Shown: positions 49,530-59,976 of the stretch, one piece after another
Layout of the letters: every line of letters begins with the position of its first letter
Position numbering within the stretch: position 1 is the first letter of the stretch
From: an uncultured Planctomycetia bacterium
GTDB lineage: Bacteria > Omnitrophota > Gorgyraeia > Gorgyraeales > Gorgyraeaceae
Length of the DNA stretch: 64,000 nucleotides
NCBI GenBank assembly: GCA_964415355.1
Contig: CAYPYS010000006.1
Coordinates: 752 to 64,751 of the forward strand
Direction: 5' to 3'
Program-made: the position numbers and the translations under genes
Notes under the pieces: generated by a model
What the model was told of the DNA's origin: nothing
Databases searched by the model: none
What the model saw: only the letters and a program-made list of their open reading frames with translations

Positions 49530-50480
49530 TTGAAGAAGAAAATAGTATTTTTATTTTTAATATTGTTAGGCGTTGCGTTATTAGCGGTTAGCAAGGGGTC
49601 TGTTAGCTTGACCCTTAGGGAATTATTGCTTCAGGAAAATAGAAATATATTGTATCTGCGGTTTGCGCGTATTTTAATGGCGGCCCTGGCAGGCGCAGGC
49701 CTTGCAGTCTCAGGCATAGCGCTCCAGGCTATTCTGAGGAATTCGCTTGCCGAACCTTATATCCTGGGAACGTCTAGCGGCGCTGGGTTAGGGGCTATCT
49801 TGGCTATAATTATAGGTATAGGTGCTTCATTTTTACCTGTAATAGCATTTATAGGGGCAATATTAGCCATTGTACTAGTATATAACCTGGCAAAAGAAGG
49901 GAACCGCGTCGGTGTACAATCGCTTATTTTATCAGGGGTCATCGTGTCTATAGCGTTTTCTGCCATAATAGTCTTTATGGTTTCTCTGTCGAGCAACGAG
50001 GCCCTTCACGGGATGATGTGGTGGTTATGGGGGAATTTGCAAGTGTACGATGTTAAGCACTTATTTATAGTAGGCGCTATAGTGATAGCAGGCATTATCA
50101 TGATATATATATTGGCGCAAGATTTGAATGCGATAAGCATAGGAGAAGAAGAGGCAATGCATTTAGGTATAAACGCAGAGACAGTAAAAAAGATATTGTT
50201 CGTTATTACATCCATGATCACGGCGAGTCTTGTCTCCATATGCGGTATAATCGGTTTTGTGGGGCTCATTGTCCCTCACATGATGCGGTTTATAATAGGC
50301 CCTAACCATAAGGCGCTTATTCCTGCTACTTGCGTTGCAGCCGCGATATTTATGATAACATGCGATCTGATCTCCCGAATACTTTTGTCTCCGCTGGAGA
50401 TCCCTATAGGAGTCATTACAGCTGTTATAGGCGCGCCTGTGTTTATTATTTTATTGAAGCAGAAACAGAGGATCAGGTAG
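49530..50480 (+). CDS. btuC: Cobalamin ABC transporter permease (FecCD family)
   Basis: RNSLAEPYILGTSSGA, EEEAMHLG and GIIGFVGLIVPH; TTG start after AAGGGAG. Confidence 0.88.
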   Translation: MKKKIVFLFLILLGVALLAVSKGSVSLTLRELLLQENRNILYLRFARILMAALAGAGLAVSGIALQAILRNSLAEPYILGTSSGAGLGAILAIIIGIGASFLPVIAFIGAILAIVLVYNLAKEGNRVGVQSLILSGVIVSIAFSAIIVFMVSLSSNEALHGMMWWLWGNLQVYDVKHLFIVGAIVIAGIIMIYILAQDLNAISIGEEEAMHLGINAETVKKILFVITSMITASLVSICGIIGFVGLIVPHMMRFIIGPNHKALIPATCVAAAIFMITCDLISRILLSPLEIPIGVITAVIGAPVFIILLKQKQRIR

Positions 50481-51278
50481 ATGCAGTCATTGGTCAGAGT
50501 GGATAGGCTTTCAGGAGGCTATTATAAAAAACTTGTAATAAAAGATGCCCTTTTTGAGATAAAAAAAGGGGATTTTTTGGGGATCATAGGGCCCAATGGT
50601 TCAGGTAAATCAACCCTTTTAAAGTTAATGACAAGGGTCTTGTCTCCGCAGTCAGGCAGTATTTTTCTTGAAGAAAAAGATATAAGAGGCATGGGGCTAA
50701 AAGAATTTTGCAGAAAGGTAGCGTTTGTGCCCCAGGATACGCTGATTAATTTTTCATTCAGCGTTGAAGAGATAGTGCTTATGGGCAGGATCCCGCATCT
50801 CAAGAGGATGCAGTTTGAGACAAAGAAGGACTTTTCAATAGCTTGCAATGCGCTTAAGCTGACAGATACCTTATATATAAAGGAGAAGGAGATAAGCCAG
50901 CTTAGCGCTGGCGAGCGCCAGAGAGTCATAATCGCAAAGGCGCTTGCGCAGGAGCCAATGCTTTTATTTCTGGACGAACCTACTTCCCATCTGGACATAG
51001 GCCACCAGGTGCAGATATTGGATCTATTGAAGAGGCTGAATAGAGAGAGCGGGCTTACAGTGGTTATGGTGATGCACGACCTGAATCTTGCGAGCGAATA
51101 TTGCAATAGGATAATGTTGTTTGATGAAGGCCGCATTTTTAAAGAGGGGACTCCTGAGCAAGTCCTGACCTATCAGAACATAGAAGCAGTATACAAGACA
51201 GTCGTGGTAGTGAAGAAGAGCCCTGTTTCTTCCAAGCCGTACGTAATACTGGTGTCGGGGAATAAGAGCATAGCCTAA
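50481..51278 (+). CDS. btuD: Cobalamin ABC transporter ATPase
   Basis: GPNGSGKS, LSAGERQR and LDEPTSHLD. Confidence 0.88.
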   Translation: MQSLVRVDRLSGGYYKKLVIKDALFEIKKGDFLGIIGPNGSGKSTLLKLMTRVLSPQSGSIFLEEKDIRGMGLKEFCRKVAFVPQDTLINFSFSVEEIVLMGRIPHLKRMQFETKKDFSIACNALKLTDTLYIKEKEISQLSAGERQRVIIAKALAQEPMLLFLDEPTSHLDIGHQVQILDLLKRLNRESGLTVVMVMHDLNLASEYCNRIMLFDEGRIFKEGTPEQVLTYQNIEAVYKTVVVVKKSPVSSKPYVILVSGNKSIA

Positions 51279-51421
51279 GTTTACGCTTTAACATTGTTGA
51301 AGTAAAACCAGAGACGTTTACCGAGCCAATCGGGAACCTGTCTCATGTTTAAGGACAGGTTCCCGATTGGCTCGGTAAACGTCTCTAAAATACTTTAACA
51401 TTGTTGAAATGTAAACTTAGA
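51274..51421 (+). repeat. Family A palindrome interrupted by an insertion (41+15+92 = 148 bp)
   Basis: CCTAAGTTTACGC[TTTAACATTGTTGAA]-insert-[TTTAACATTGTTGAA]ATGTAAACTTAGA. Confidence 0.92.
51302..51393. mobile_element. 92-bp non-autonomous hairpin element with a 15-16 bp target duplication
   Basis: Perfect 33-bp inverted repeat at 51310-51342 / 51354-51386 with an 11-nt loop; direct repeats at 51287-51301 and 51394-51408. Confidence 0.8.
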
Positions 51422-51430
51422 CAAGGTGAG

Positions 51431-51979
51431 ATGGCGACGAGATTGATATTGATCAGACATGGTGAGACAGATTATAGCACAGAGAAGAGATATTGCGGGC
51501 TTACGGATGTATGTTTGAACAAGAGGGGCATTGAACAGGCAGAAGGACTTTGTCAAAAACTTGGCGAAGAAGACGTTGATAAAGTCTATAGCAGCGATTT
51601 GAGGCGTGCATCAGAATTTGCGAAGATAGTATTTAAGAATAAAGAAATAGAACCCGCGCCTGAATTCAGGGAAATAAATTTTGGGATTTTTGAAGGATTG
51701 ACATATGAAGAGATCATGGATAGATATGCCGAGATATATAAAAAGTGGTTAAACGAGCCATACGAGAGCGTTATCCCTGAAGGTGATAGCTTGGCCGATT
51801 TTAAAAATAGGGTACAAAAGGCATTAAAAAAAATTATCCAGCTTAATAGAGGCAAGACATTGGCAATAGTTACTCATGCCGGGCCTATAAAGATAATAAT
51901 GAGAAATGTCACAAAATCCAAAAACATATGGGATATAAACCCTGAATTAGGAGGCTTCTGGAGATGCGCGTATGAGTAA
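51431..51979 (+). CDS. cobC: Alpha-ribazole phosphatase (histidine phosphatase)
   Basis: LIRHGET, SSDLRRA, REINFG.FEG and VTHAG; cob operon context. Confidence 0.82.
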   Translation: MATRLILIRHGETDYSTEKRYCGLTDVCLNKRGIEQAEGLCQKLGEEDVDKVYSSDLRRASEFAKIVFKNKEIEPAPEFREINFGIFEGLTYEEIMDRYAEIYKKWLNEPYESVIPEGDSLADFKNRVQKALKKIIQLNRGKTLAIVTHAGPIKIIMRNVTKSKNIWDINPELGGFWRCAYE

Positions 51980-52499
51980 AATCACATTTATTTTAGGCGG
52001 GGCAAGGAGCGGTAAAAGTAAGTTTGCGACAGAAGAGGCTAAGGGGATCGGGAAAAAGGTTGCATTCATCGCAACCTGTAAGCCAATGGACAAAGAAATG
52101 GAAGAGCGTATCTCTATTCATAAAAAGGCAAGGCCAGCTGAATGGCAGACTTTTGAAGAGCCGCGGGATATACCTTTATTATTGAAAAAAATGAGCCGGG
52201 GATTCGAGGTTATTATAGTAGACTGCCTGACTCTCCTCGTGTCCAATCTGTTATTAGACGGATTTAAAGAAAAAGATATCGAGGAGAATATTAACGAGAT
52301 ACTTTTTGTATTAAATAAGCTAAAGGCTCATGTGATAATCGTATCCAATGAAGTAGGATTAGGTATAGTCCCGGATAATAAACTTGCAAGAGAATTCAGG
52401 GATATTGCCGGCAGGGTGAATCAGCTAGTAGCAAAGGAAGCCAATAAAGTGTTTTTTATGACATCCGGCCTGGCTTTAAAGATAAAAGGAGAGAAGTAA
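51972..52499 (+). CDS. cobU: Adenosylcobinamide kinase / cobinamide-phosphate guanylyltransferase
   Basis: [18 protein letters not shown] and [11 protein letters not shown]. Confidence 0.93.
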   Translation: MSKITFILGGARSGKSKFATEEAKGIGKKVAFIATCKPMDKEMEERISIHKKARPAEWQTFEEPRDIPLLLKKMSRGFEVIIVDCLTLLVSNLLLDGFKEKDIEENINEILFVLNKLKAHVIIVSNEVGLGIVPDNKLAREFRDIAGRVNQLVAKEANKVFFMTSGLALKIKGEK

Positions 52500-53554
52500 T
52501 GAATAAAACAAAGAAAGCCATTGCAAAGATAGGAGAAGTCGATAAGGGCCTTATGGATAAGGCACAGGAGAGGCTCGATAATCTCACTAAGCCTCAGGGC
52601 AGCCTGGGTCGATTAGAGGAACTTGCAAAACTTATCGTCGGTATTACTGGAAAAGAAAATCCTATGCTTAAAAACAAGGTCATTTTTACTCTTGCGGGTG
52701 ACCATGGCGTGACAGAAGAAGGCGTGAGTGTTTTTCCAAAAGAGGTGACTCCTCAGATGGTCTATAATTTTTTAAGGGGCGGGGCGGGTATAAATGTATT
52801 GGCAAATCATGTTGGCGCGAAAGTCAGAGTAGTGGATGTCGGAGTGGATAGCGGCCTGGAGTTACATCCGGAATTAATTGTTAAAAAAATAGACTATGGC
52901 ACAAAGAATATGACAAAAGGTCCTGCAATGACAAAGGAACAAGCGACAAGGTCAATAGAGGCAGGGATAGAGGTGTTCGAAGAGGAATTCAATAAAGGTA
53001 TAGATATAGTCGGCACTGGTGATATGGGAATTGGAAATACTACGCCGAGTAGTGCCATAACAGCTGTTTTTACTGGTAAACCAGTCGAAGAGGTTACGGG
53101 AAGAGGCACTGGTGTCGATAACAGCGGTTTAAAAAACAAAATAGATATTATTAAAAGAGCTCTTAAAGTAAATAAGCCGGATCCAAAAGACGCAATAGAT
53201 GTGCTGTCAAAGGTAGGTGGTTTTGAAATAGGTGGGCTTGCCGGAATAATACTTGCAACTGCTTCGCGAAGGATCCCTGTTGTAATAGATGGTTTTATCT
53301 CAGGCGCCGCAGCGCTTATAGCGTATCATCTAGAGCCAAAGGTTAAGGATTACATGATCGCAGGGCATTGCTCAGTGGAGAGCGGACACAAGATTATCTT
53401 GCAGCATATAGGACTTGAACCCGTATTAGACCTAAATCTGAGGCTCGGTGAGGGGACAGGGGCTGCGCTCGCAATGAGCATAATAGACGCAGGCCTTAAG
53501 ATCATGACACAGATGGCGACATTTAAGGGCGCCGGAGTTTCGGAAAAATGCTAA
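52499..53554 (+). CDS. cobT: Nicotinate-nucleotide--dimethylbenzimidazole phosphoribosyltransferase
   Basis: [24 protein letters not shown] and LRLGEGTGA. Confidence 0.95.
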   Translation: MNKTKKAIAKIGEVDKGLMDKAQERLDNLTKPQGSLGRLEELAKLIVGITGKENPMLKNKVIFTLAGDHGVTEEGVSVFPKEVTPQMVYNFLRGGAGINVLANHVGAKVRVVDVGVDSGLELHPELIVKKIDYGTKNMTKGPAMTKEQATRSIEAGIEVFEEEFNKGIDIVGTGDMGIGNTTPSSAITAVFTGKPVEEVTGRGTGVDNSGLKNKIDIIKRALKVNKPDPKDAIDVLSKVGGFEIGGLAGIILATASRRIPVVIDGFISGAAALIAYHLEPKVKDYMIAGHCSVESGHKIILQHIGLEPVLDLNLRLGEGTGAALAMSIIDAGLKIMTQMATFKGAGVSEKC

Positions 53555-53558
53555 CGGC

Positions 53559-53599
53559 GCTAACTTTACACTTCAACAACGTTAAAGTGTAAAGTTAGA
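53559..53599 (-). repeat. Family A palindrome (AAC loop, TAAC...GTTA variant)
   Basis: GCTAACTTTACACTTCAAC aac GTTAAAGTGTAAAGTTAGA. Confidence 0.93.
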
Positions 53600-53606
53600 G
53601 ATCAAT

Positions 53607-54356
53607 ATGAAAAACTTTTTATTGGCCTTACAATTTTTGACGATTATTCCTGTTAAAGTCAGGGGCGTTGAGGAGAAAGACATAGGGCGCTCGGTCGTGT
53701 ATTTTCCTCTGGTCGGGTTATTTTTGGGCCTTATTTTAACAGGCGCTAATAATCTTTTTTTGTTTCTGGGCTTCGGAGAAGTTTTTATAAATATTACCCT
53801 GGTTGTCTTGCTGATTGTCCTTACAGGCGGGATCCATATGGATGGTCTGGCTGATACTGCAGATGCCTTCCTGAGCAGAAAGAATAAAGATGAGATGCTG
53901 AGGATCATGCGTGATTCACGGATAGGCGCAATGGGCGTCTTGGCTCTTATTAGCGTTGTGCTTTTGAAAATAGTTTTTCTCTCGTGCGTAAATGTCCCTT
54001 TAAAACCCGCTTCACTTATTATTATGTGTGTTCTGAGCAGGTGGTGCTTGGTCTTTTCGCTATTTTTATTTCCGTATGCCAGGCAAGAAGGGAAAGCAAA
54101 ACTATACACAGAAAGCGCTAATTTTAGAGCACTTATTTTTTCTACGATAACTGTTTTATGCTGTGCATTTCTGTTTTTAAAAATACACGGGTTGCTGGTC
54201 TTATTGATAATAGCGATCTTAACTTACGCAATGGGACGTTTCATCGTAGGTAAGGTCGGTGGTATCACAGGAGATACGCTTGGCGCAGCAAATGAGATCA
54301 TAGAGGTGTCGGTGCTTTTTATTCTATGTTTATTGGGGAGGCTGATCTATGTATAA
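53607..54356 (+). CDS. cobS: Adenosylcobinamide-GDP ribazoletransferase (cobalamin synthase)
   Basis: FLTIIP, TGGIHMDGLADTAD, IMRDSRIGAMG and GGITGDTLGA. Confidence 0.95.
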   Translation: MKNFLLALQFLTIIPVKVRGVEEKDIGRSVVYFPLVGLFLGLILTGANNLFLFLGFGEVFINITLVVLLIVLTGGIHMDGLADTADAFLSRKNKDEMLRIMRDSRIGAMGVLALISVVLLKIVFLSCVNVPLKPASLIIMCVLSRWCLVFSLFLFPYARQEGKAKLYTESANFRALIFSTITVLCCAFLFLKIHGLLVLLIIAILTYAMGRFIVGKVGGITGDTLGAANEIIEVSVLFILCLLGRLIYV

Positions 54357-55056
54357 TTCAGAGATAATATCATCCTGGAGCGGAGGAAAGGATAGCTGTC
54401 TTGCTTGTTATAAGGCAATCCAGGCAGGCTATAAAGTAAAACATCTTTTGAATTTTATCTCCAGGGAATCGGGTCGCGGGTGCTTTCATGGTATAGAAAA
54501 AAAACTCCTTAGGCTACAGGCAGAAGCAATAGGCATACCACTGACTCAAAAAGAAACAACAGCAGATATGAAAGAATACGAAAAAGAATTCAAGGAAGCT
54601 ATCTCAGAATTTAGAGATAAGGGCATAAATAAAATGGTCTTCGGCGACATCTATCTGGACGAGCATAAAGATTGGGTGGAGCGGGTCTGTGGAGATATAG
54701 GCATCGAGCCGCTCGAACCTTTATGGAATAAATCGCCCTTATCTCTTGTAGAGGAATTCGTGGACCTTGGCTTTAAATCGATTGTTGTCAGCTGCCACGC
54801 GGATAAATTCGAAAAGGATTTTGTGGGCAGAGTGATCGACAGGACGTTGATAGATGAATTAAAGGAAAAGAATATTTGCCCGTGCGGCGAAAACGGAGAA
54901 TTTCATACGTTTGTCGTTGACGGCCCAATGTTTAAAAAAAGAATAGATATAACAAAAAGTGAACCGGTTTTTAAAAAAGGTTTTTGGGAATATTATTTTT
55001 TGGACATCAAAGATTATGAGGTTAGAGAGAAGGGCCAGGTAGTCAAAACGAAATGA
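54349..55056 (+). CDS. Diphthine-ammonia ligase-like (Dph6/MJ0570) PP-loop ATPase
   Basis: SWSGGKDS, FGDI, PLW and CPCGENGEFHTFVVDGP. Confidence 0.85.
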   Translation: MYNSEIISSWSGGKDSCLACYKAIQAGYKVKHLLNFISRESGRGCFHGIEKKLLRLQAEAIGIPLTQKETTADMKEYEKEFKEAISEFRDKGINKMVFGDIYLDEHKDWVERVCGDIGIEPLEPLWNKSPLSLVEEFVDLGFKSIVVSCHADKFEKDFVGRVIDRTLIDELKEKNICPCGENGEFHTFVVDGPMFKKRIDITKSEPVFKKGFWEYYFLDIKDYEVREKGQVVKTK

Positions 55057-56918
55057 GAATATATAGCGTAGCATTAAGCCTGATTTTCTTGTGTTTGCAT
55101 TGCTTGGTTTGCAATTTTGAAGTCGAGGCAAAAGAAGAGAATTCAGATTATTATAATATTGATTTAGAGAAGATTATCATTACCCCATCCAAGATAGAGC
55201 AGGGATATAAATACTCTACTCAAAACATAAGTATTGTCGGTAAGGAAGATATCGAAGCTAGTGCCGTTACTGAGGTAACAGAGATCCTGGACCTGTTGCC
55301 TTCAGTAGATATATTAGAGTACGGTTCTGCTGGTTCCACGAAGACTGTCCACACGAGAGGCGCTTCTTCTTCCCAGGTCCTGACCTTGATAGACGGAAGA
55401 CCTGTCAATACGCCCAGAGACGGAGTCACAGATTTTAATCAGATCCCTATTTCAAATATTGAAAGGATAGAGGTGCTGCGTGGGCCTGCCAGTAGTATGT
55501 ATGGGGCGAATGCCGTGGGAGGCGTTATAAATATAATAACAAAGAGCGGCGAAAAAAAGGCGCGCACTGAGATGCTGAATAAATTTGGCTCTTTCAATAC
55601 AAAGTTTTCCTCTTTTTCGCACGGCCGCAAGATAGATGAAATAGATTATTTTATATCCCATGATTACCTGGCTTCTCACGGCCACAGAGATAATGCTGAT
55701 TATTTAAGCAATAATGTGAATTGGAAATTCGGCTATGATCTGAATCCTGAGAATCATATGGGTCTTTCCGCAGGATATTATAATTCAGAGGCAGGTACGC
55801 CAGGGTTGCTCTCCAATACAGATCTTGATGACAGGCAGGAGAATTTTAAGAAATACATAGATTTTACTTATAACGGAAAGATGTTTGAAGGACAGGATAT
55901 TGTTTTGAAATTATTTCAGAATAGTGACAGGCTTGAATTTATAGAGACATTTGACCCTCTGGATAAAGATACTCACCATACCAAGATCTACGGATTGGAT
56001 ACCCAGATATCGCAGACTTTTTTCGATATATTTCGTACGGCATTAGGCTGCAGCTATCAAGAGCACAATCTAAATAGTTCAACCAGCAGCAAGCATACAT
56101 ATAATGCAAGGGCATTTAATTTTGAGACAGAGGTCGATATATTAGACAAAAGCACCTTGAAATTTGGCGCTCGCTGGGATGACTATTCAAATTTTGGAGA
56201 TAAGATAAGTCCGAGCGCAAGTTTTAATTTTTGGTTATTTGATAAAATAAAGGCCCATGCCTTGGCCGCCAAGTCTTTTAGGGCGCCTACCTTTAATGAC
56301 CTCTATTGGCCCAGGGAAGACTGGGGGATCTGGGGAGGAGTAGAGGGTAATTCCAGTCTTGGCCCTGAAAAGGCGGAGTCTTATGAGATTGGAATAAGCG
56401 GATATTTTTTAGAAAAGATAAAGACAGACATCACTTTGTTTAGAACAAACTTTGAGGATCTGATAGAATGGACCGTTGATGATGCCTGGTGGTGGCGGCC
56501 TCAAAATACGAGTTCTGCTGTAACAAAAGGCCTTGAGCTCGAGACAGAAGTCGTTCTAAAGGATAATCTCAAAGCCAATTTTAATTATACTTATCTGGAA
56601 TCCAAAAACAAGAACACGAGAAAATGGTTGATATATCGTCCGCGTCATTTATATAAGCTAAGATTGACATTTTCACCTTTTCCTAAATATGAACTTGGGG
56701 CGAACGCTATATTCAAGACGAAGAGGTTTGCTAATGCTGCGAATACGAGCATCCTCGATCATTATTTTATAGTAAATTCGAACCTGTCTTATAAAATAAA
56801 TGACAGCGTCAGTGTCTTATTAGAGGCTAAAAACATATTTGATAAATATTATGAGGAGGAAAGGGATTATTCAATGCCGGGCCGCGCCTTCTACACCGGC
56901 ATTAAATTGGGCTTCTAA
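55053..56918 (+). CDS. btuB: TonB-dependent receptor, probably the cobalamin receptor
   Basis: Plug motifs LIDGRP and IERIEVLRGPASSMYGANAVGGVINIIT; C-terminal F; inside the B12 operon. Confidence 0.85.
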   Translation: MRIYSVALSLIFLCLHCLVCNFEVEAKEENSDYYNIDLEKIIITPSKIEQGYKYSTQNISIVGKEDIEASAVTEVTEILDLLPSVDILEYGSAGSTKTVHTRGASSSQVLTLIDGRPVNTPRDGVTDFNQIPISNIERIEVLRGPASSMYGANAVGGVINIITKSGEKKARTEMLNKFGSFNTKFSSFSHGRKIDEIDYFISHDYLASHGHRDNADYLSNNVNWKFGYDLNPENHMGLSAGYYNSEAGTPGLLSNTDLDDRQENFKKYIDFTYNGKMFEGQDIVLKLFQNSDRLEFIETFDPLDKDTHHTKIYGLDTQISQTFFDIFRTALGCSYQEHNLNSSTSSKHTYNARAFNFETEVDILDKSTLKFGARWDDYSNFGDKISPSASFNFWLFDKIKAHALAAKSFRAPTFNDLYWPREDWGIWGGVEGNSSLGPEKAESYEIGISGYFLEKIKTDITLFRTNFEDLIEWTVDDAWWWRPQNTSSAVTKGLELETEVVLKDNLKANFNYTYLESKNKNTRKWLIYRPRHLYKLRLTFSPFPKYELGANAIFKTKRFANAANTSILDHYFIVNSNLSYKINDSVSVLLEAKNIFDKYYEEERDYSMPGRAFYTGIKLGF

Positions 56919-56954
56919 CTTTACATTTCAACAACGTTAAAGTGTAAAGTTAGG
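56914..56954 (-). repeat. Family A palindrome (AAC loop, TAAC...GTTA variant)
   Basis: TCTAACTTTACATTTCAAC aac GTTAAAGTGTAAAGTTAGG; TAA 56916-56918 is the btuB stop. Confidence 0.93.
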
Positions 56955-56964
56955 CGCGATTGAT

Positions 56965-56993
56965 TTGACAAAGCAAAGGGCAATTGTTATTAT
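56965..56993 (+). promoter_or_regulatory. Putative sigma70 promoter of tonB
   Basis: TTGACA-17bp-TATTAT with an extended TG. Confidence 0.7.
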
Positions 56994-57001
56994 ATAGACA
57001 A

Positions 57002-57661
57002 ATGTATGGCGGAAAGAGTTTTAAAATCGCGGTTTTGGTTTCTGTTTTAATCCATTCGGCGCTATTTTTTTCTATTCCTAATCTATCGTTTTTCCCCAGC
57101 AGAAGGTCTTTGGAGAATCTGAGAATCACGTATTATAAGATCAAACAGCAGCCAAAGTCAAAGACTATAGCCAGGAAAAAAGCAAAGCCAGTAGCGCAAA
57201 AACTTCCAGAGATAAAAAAAGATGAGATACTCAGGCCTCCGAGACCTGCCAGGAAAGAGGCAAAAAAGGTCAAGCGCGTGACTAGGCACGTCAAGCCTGT
57301 TGAAAAAAAGGAAGAGAAGAAGTTTGAGACAGTCATCAAAGAAGAAAAAGACGACGCCAGGAAAGCGGCATACATAAGTTATTATCGGGCAGTCAGAGAG
57401 AAAATAAAGCGATACGCTGACAGGAATTATCTAAGGAATCGCAGGCTGGGCGAAGGAGAGGTATTTTTATCTTTTGTCGTGGCTTCCAGCGGAGAGCTTC
57501 TGCATGTTAAGGTGGCTAGCGAAAGGTCTGTGGATGACCCTTTGCTAAGAAATATTGGTATAAATAGCATCAGAGATGCGAGCCCATTTTCTTCCTTCCC
57601 TAAAGGTATGAGTCAATACCAGATTACCTTTAATGTCATAATCGCATTCGAGCATAGGTAG
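57002..57661 (+). CDS. tonB: TonB family energy transducer
   Basis: N-terminal TM with SVLIH, Lys/Pro-rich linker and TonB_C-like domain (GEVFLSFVV..SG, ASPF..FP). Confidence 0.8.
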   Translation: MYGGKSFKIAVLVSVLIHSALFFSIPNLSFFPSRRSLENLRITYYKIKQQPKSKTIARKKAKPVAQKLPEIKKDEILRPPRPARKEAKKVKRVTRHVKPVEKKEEKKFETVIKEEKDDARKAAYISYYRAVREKIKRYADRNYLRNRRLGEGEVFLSFVVASSGELLHVKVASERSVDDPLLRNIGINSIRDASPFSSFPKGMSQYQITFNVIIAFEHR

Positions 57662-57668
57662 GCGCGCT

Positions 57669-57694
57669 TGGATTCCCGCTTGCGCGGGAATGAC
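57669..57694 (+). repeat. Family B repeat
   Basis: TGGATTCCCGCTTGCGCGGGAATGAC. Confidence 0.92.
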
Positions 57695-57712
57695 AAAAAG
57701 CGCAAAAAAAGC

Positions 57713-57740
57713 TTGACAAAATATCAGGTTTTGGTAAGAT
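57713..57740 (+). promoter_or_regulatory. Putative sigma70 promoter of groESL
   Basis: TTGACA-16bp-TAAGAT with TGn extension. Confidence 0.65.
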
Positions 57741-57752
57741 AGTAAAACATTT

Positions 57753-57779
57753 CTGGCACTCCTCTTGTGAGAGTGCTGA
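57753..57779 (+). promoter_or_regulatory. CIRCE element (HrcA operator)
   Basis: CTGGCACTC-N9-GAGTGCTGA versus consensus TTAGCACTC-N9-GAGTGCTAA, upstream of groES. Confidence 0.88.
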
Positions 57780-57817
57780 TAACAAAAACCAATAACTATA
57801 ATCAAGGAGGTGTTGGT

Positions 57818-58105
57818 ATGGGAATACAGCCTTTAGGTGACAGGGTTCTAGTAAAAAGGCTAGAGGCAGAAGAGAAGACCAAAGGCGGCATTGTTCTGCC
57901 TGATACTGCAAAGGAGAAGCCGCAAAAAGGAGAGGTAGCAGCTGTTGGCAAGGGTAAGGTGCTTGAAAGCGGCAAGGTCGAGGCATTAGAGGTAAAGAAG
58001 GGTGACAAGATTCTTTTTGGTAAATACGCTGGCAATGAGATCACTTATAAGGATGAAGAGTATCTTATTATGCGAGAGGAAGATATTTTAGCGATATTAA
58101 AATAA
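57818..58105 (+). CDS. groES: Co-chaperonin GroES
   Basis: [10 protein letters not shown] and [16 protein letters not shown]; AGGAGG RBS. Confidence 0.97.
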   Translation: MGIQPLGDRVLVKRLEAEEKTKGGIVLPDTAKEKPQKGEVAAVGKGKVLESGKVEALEVKKGDKILFGKYAGNEITYKDEEYLIMREEDILAILK

Positions 58106-59773
<1,668 letters not shown>

Positions 59774-59799
59774 TTTAAGCAGGTAAGAGACAAGTAATA

Positions 59800-59840
59800 G
59801 ACCCCGTTGGTAATAAACATTGCCAACGGGGTTTTTTTAT
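59800..59840 (+). terminator. Intrinsic terminator after groEL
   Basis: GACCCCGTTGGTAAT-aaac-ATTGCCAACGGGGTT followed by a T-run. Confidence 0.88.
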
Positions 59841-59849
59841 TTTCACTCC

Positions 59850-59890
59850 CCTAACTTTACACTTTAACGTTGTTGAAATGTAAACTTAGG
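59850..59890 (+). repeat. Family A palindrome (GTT loop)
   Basis: CCTAACTTTACACTTTAAC gtt GTTGAAATGTAAACTTAGG; its core is the reverse complement of the 17657/56914/62152 variant. Confidence 0.93.
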
Positions 59891-59899
59891 GGTTTTGTT

Positions 59900-59928
59900 T
59901 TGACAATAGTTATTGCCTATGATATATT
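59900..59928 (+). promoter_or_regulatory. Putative sigma70 promoter of the moxR operon
   Basis: TTGACA-17bp-TATATT with an extended TG. Confidence 0.7.
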
Positions 59929-59976
59929 TAATGTAATTCATAGCCCCTATATTGAGTATATAAATGGAGGTCGCGC

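Noticed and set aside
50522-51136. Long minus-strand ORFs (e.g. 50522-51136, 16867-17466, 46403-46972, 53582-54109)
   Set aside because: They are antisense shadows of well-supported + strand genes and carry no recognisable motifs.
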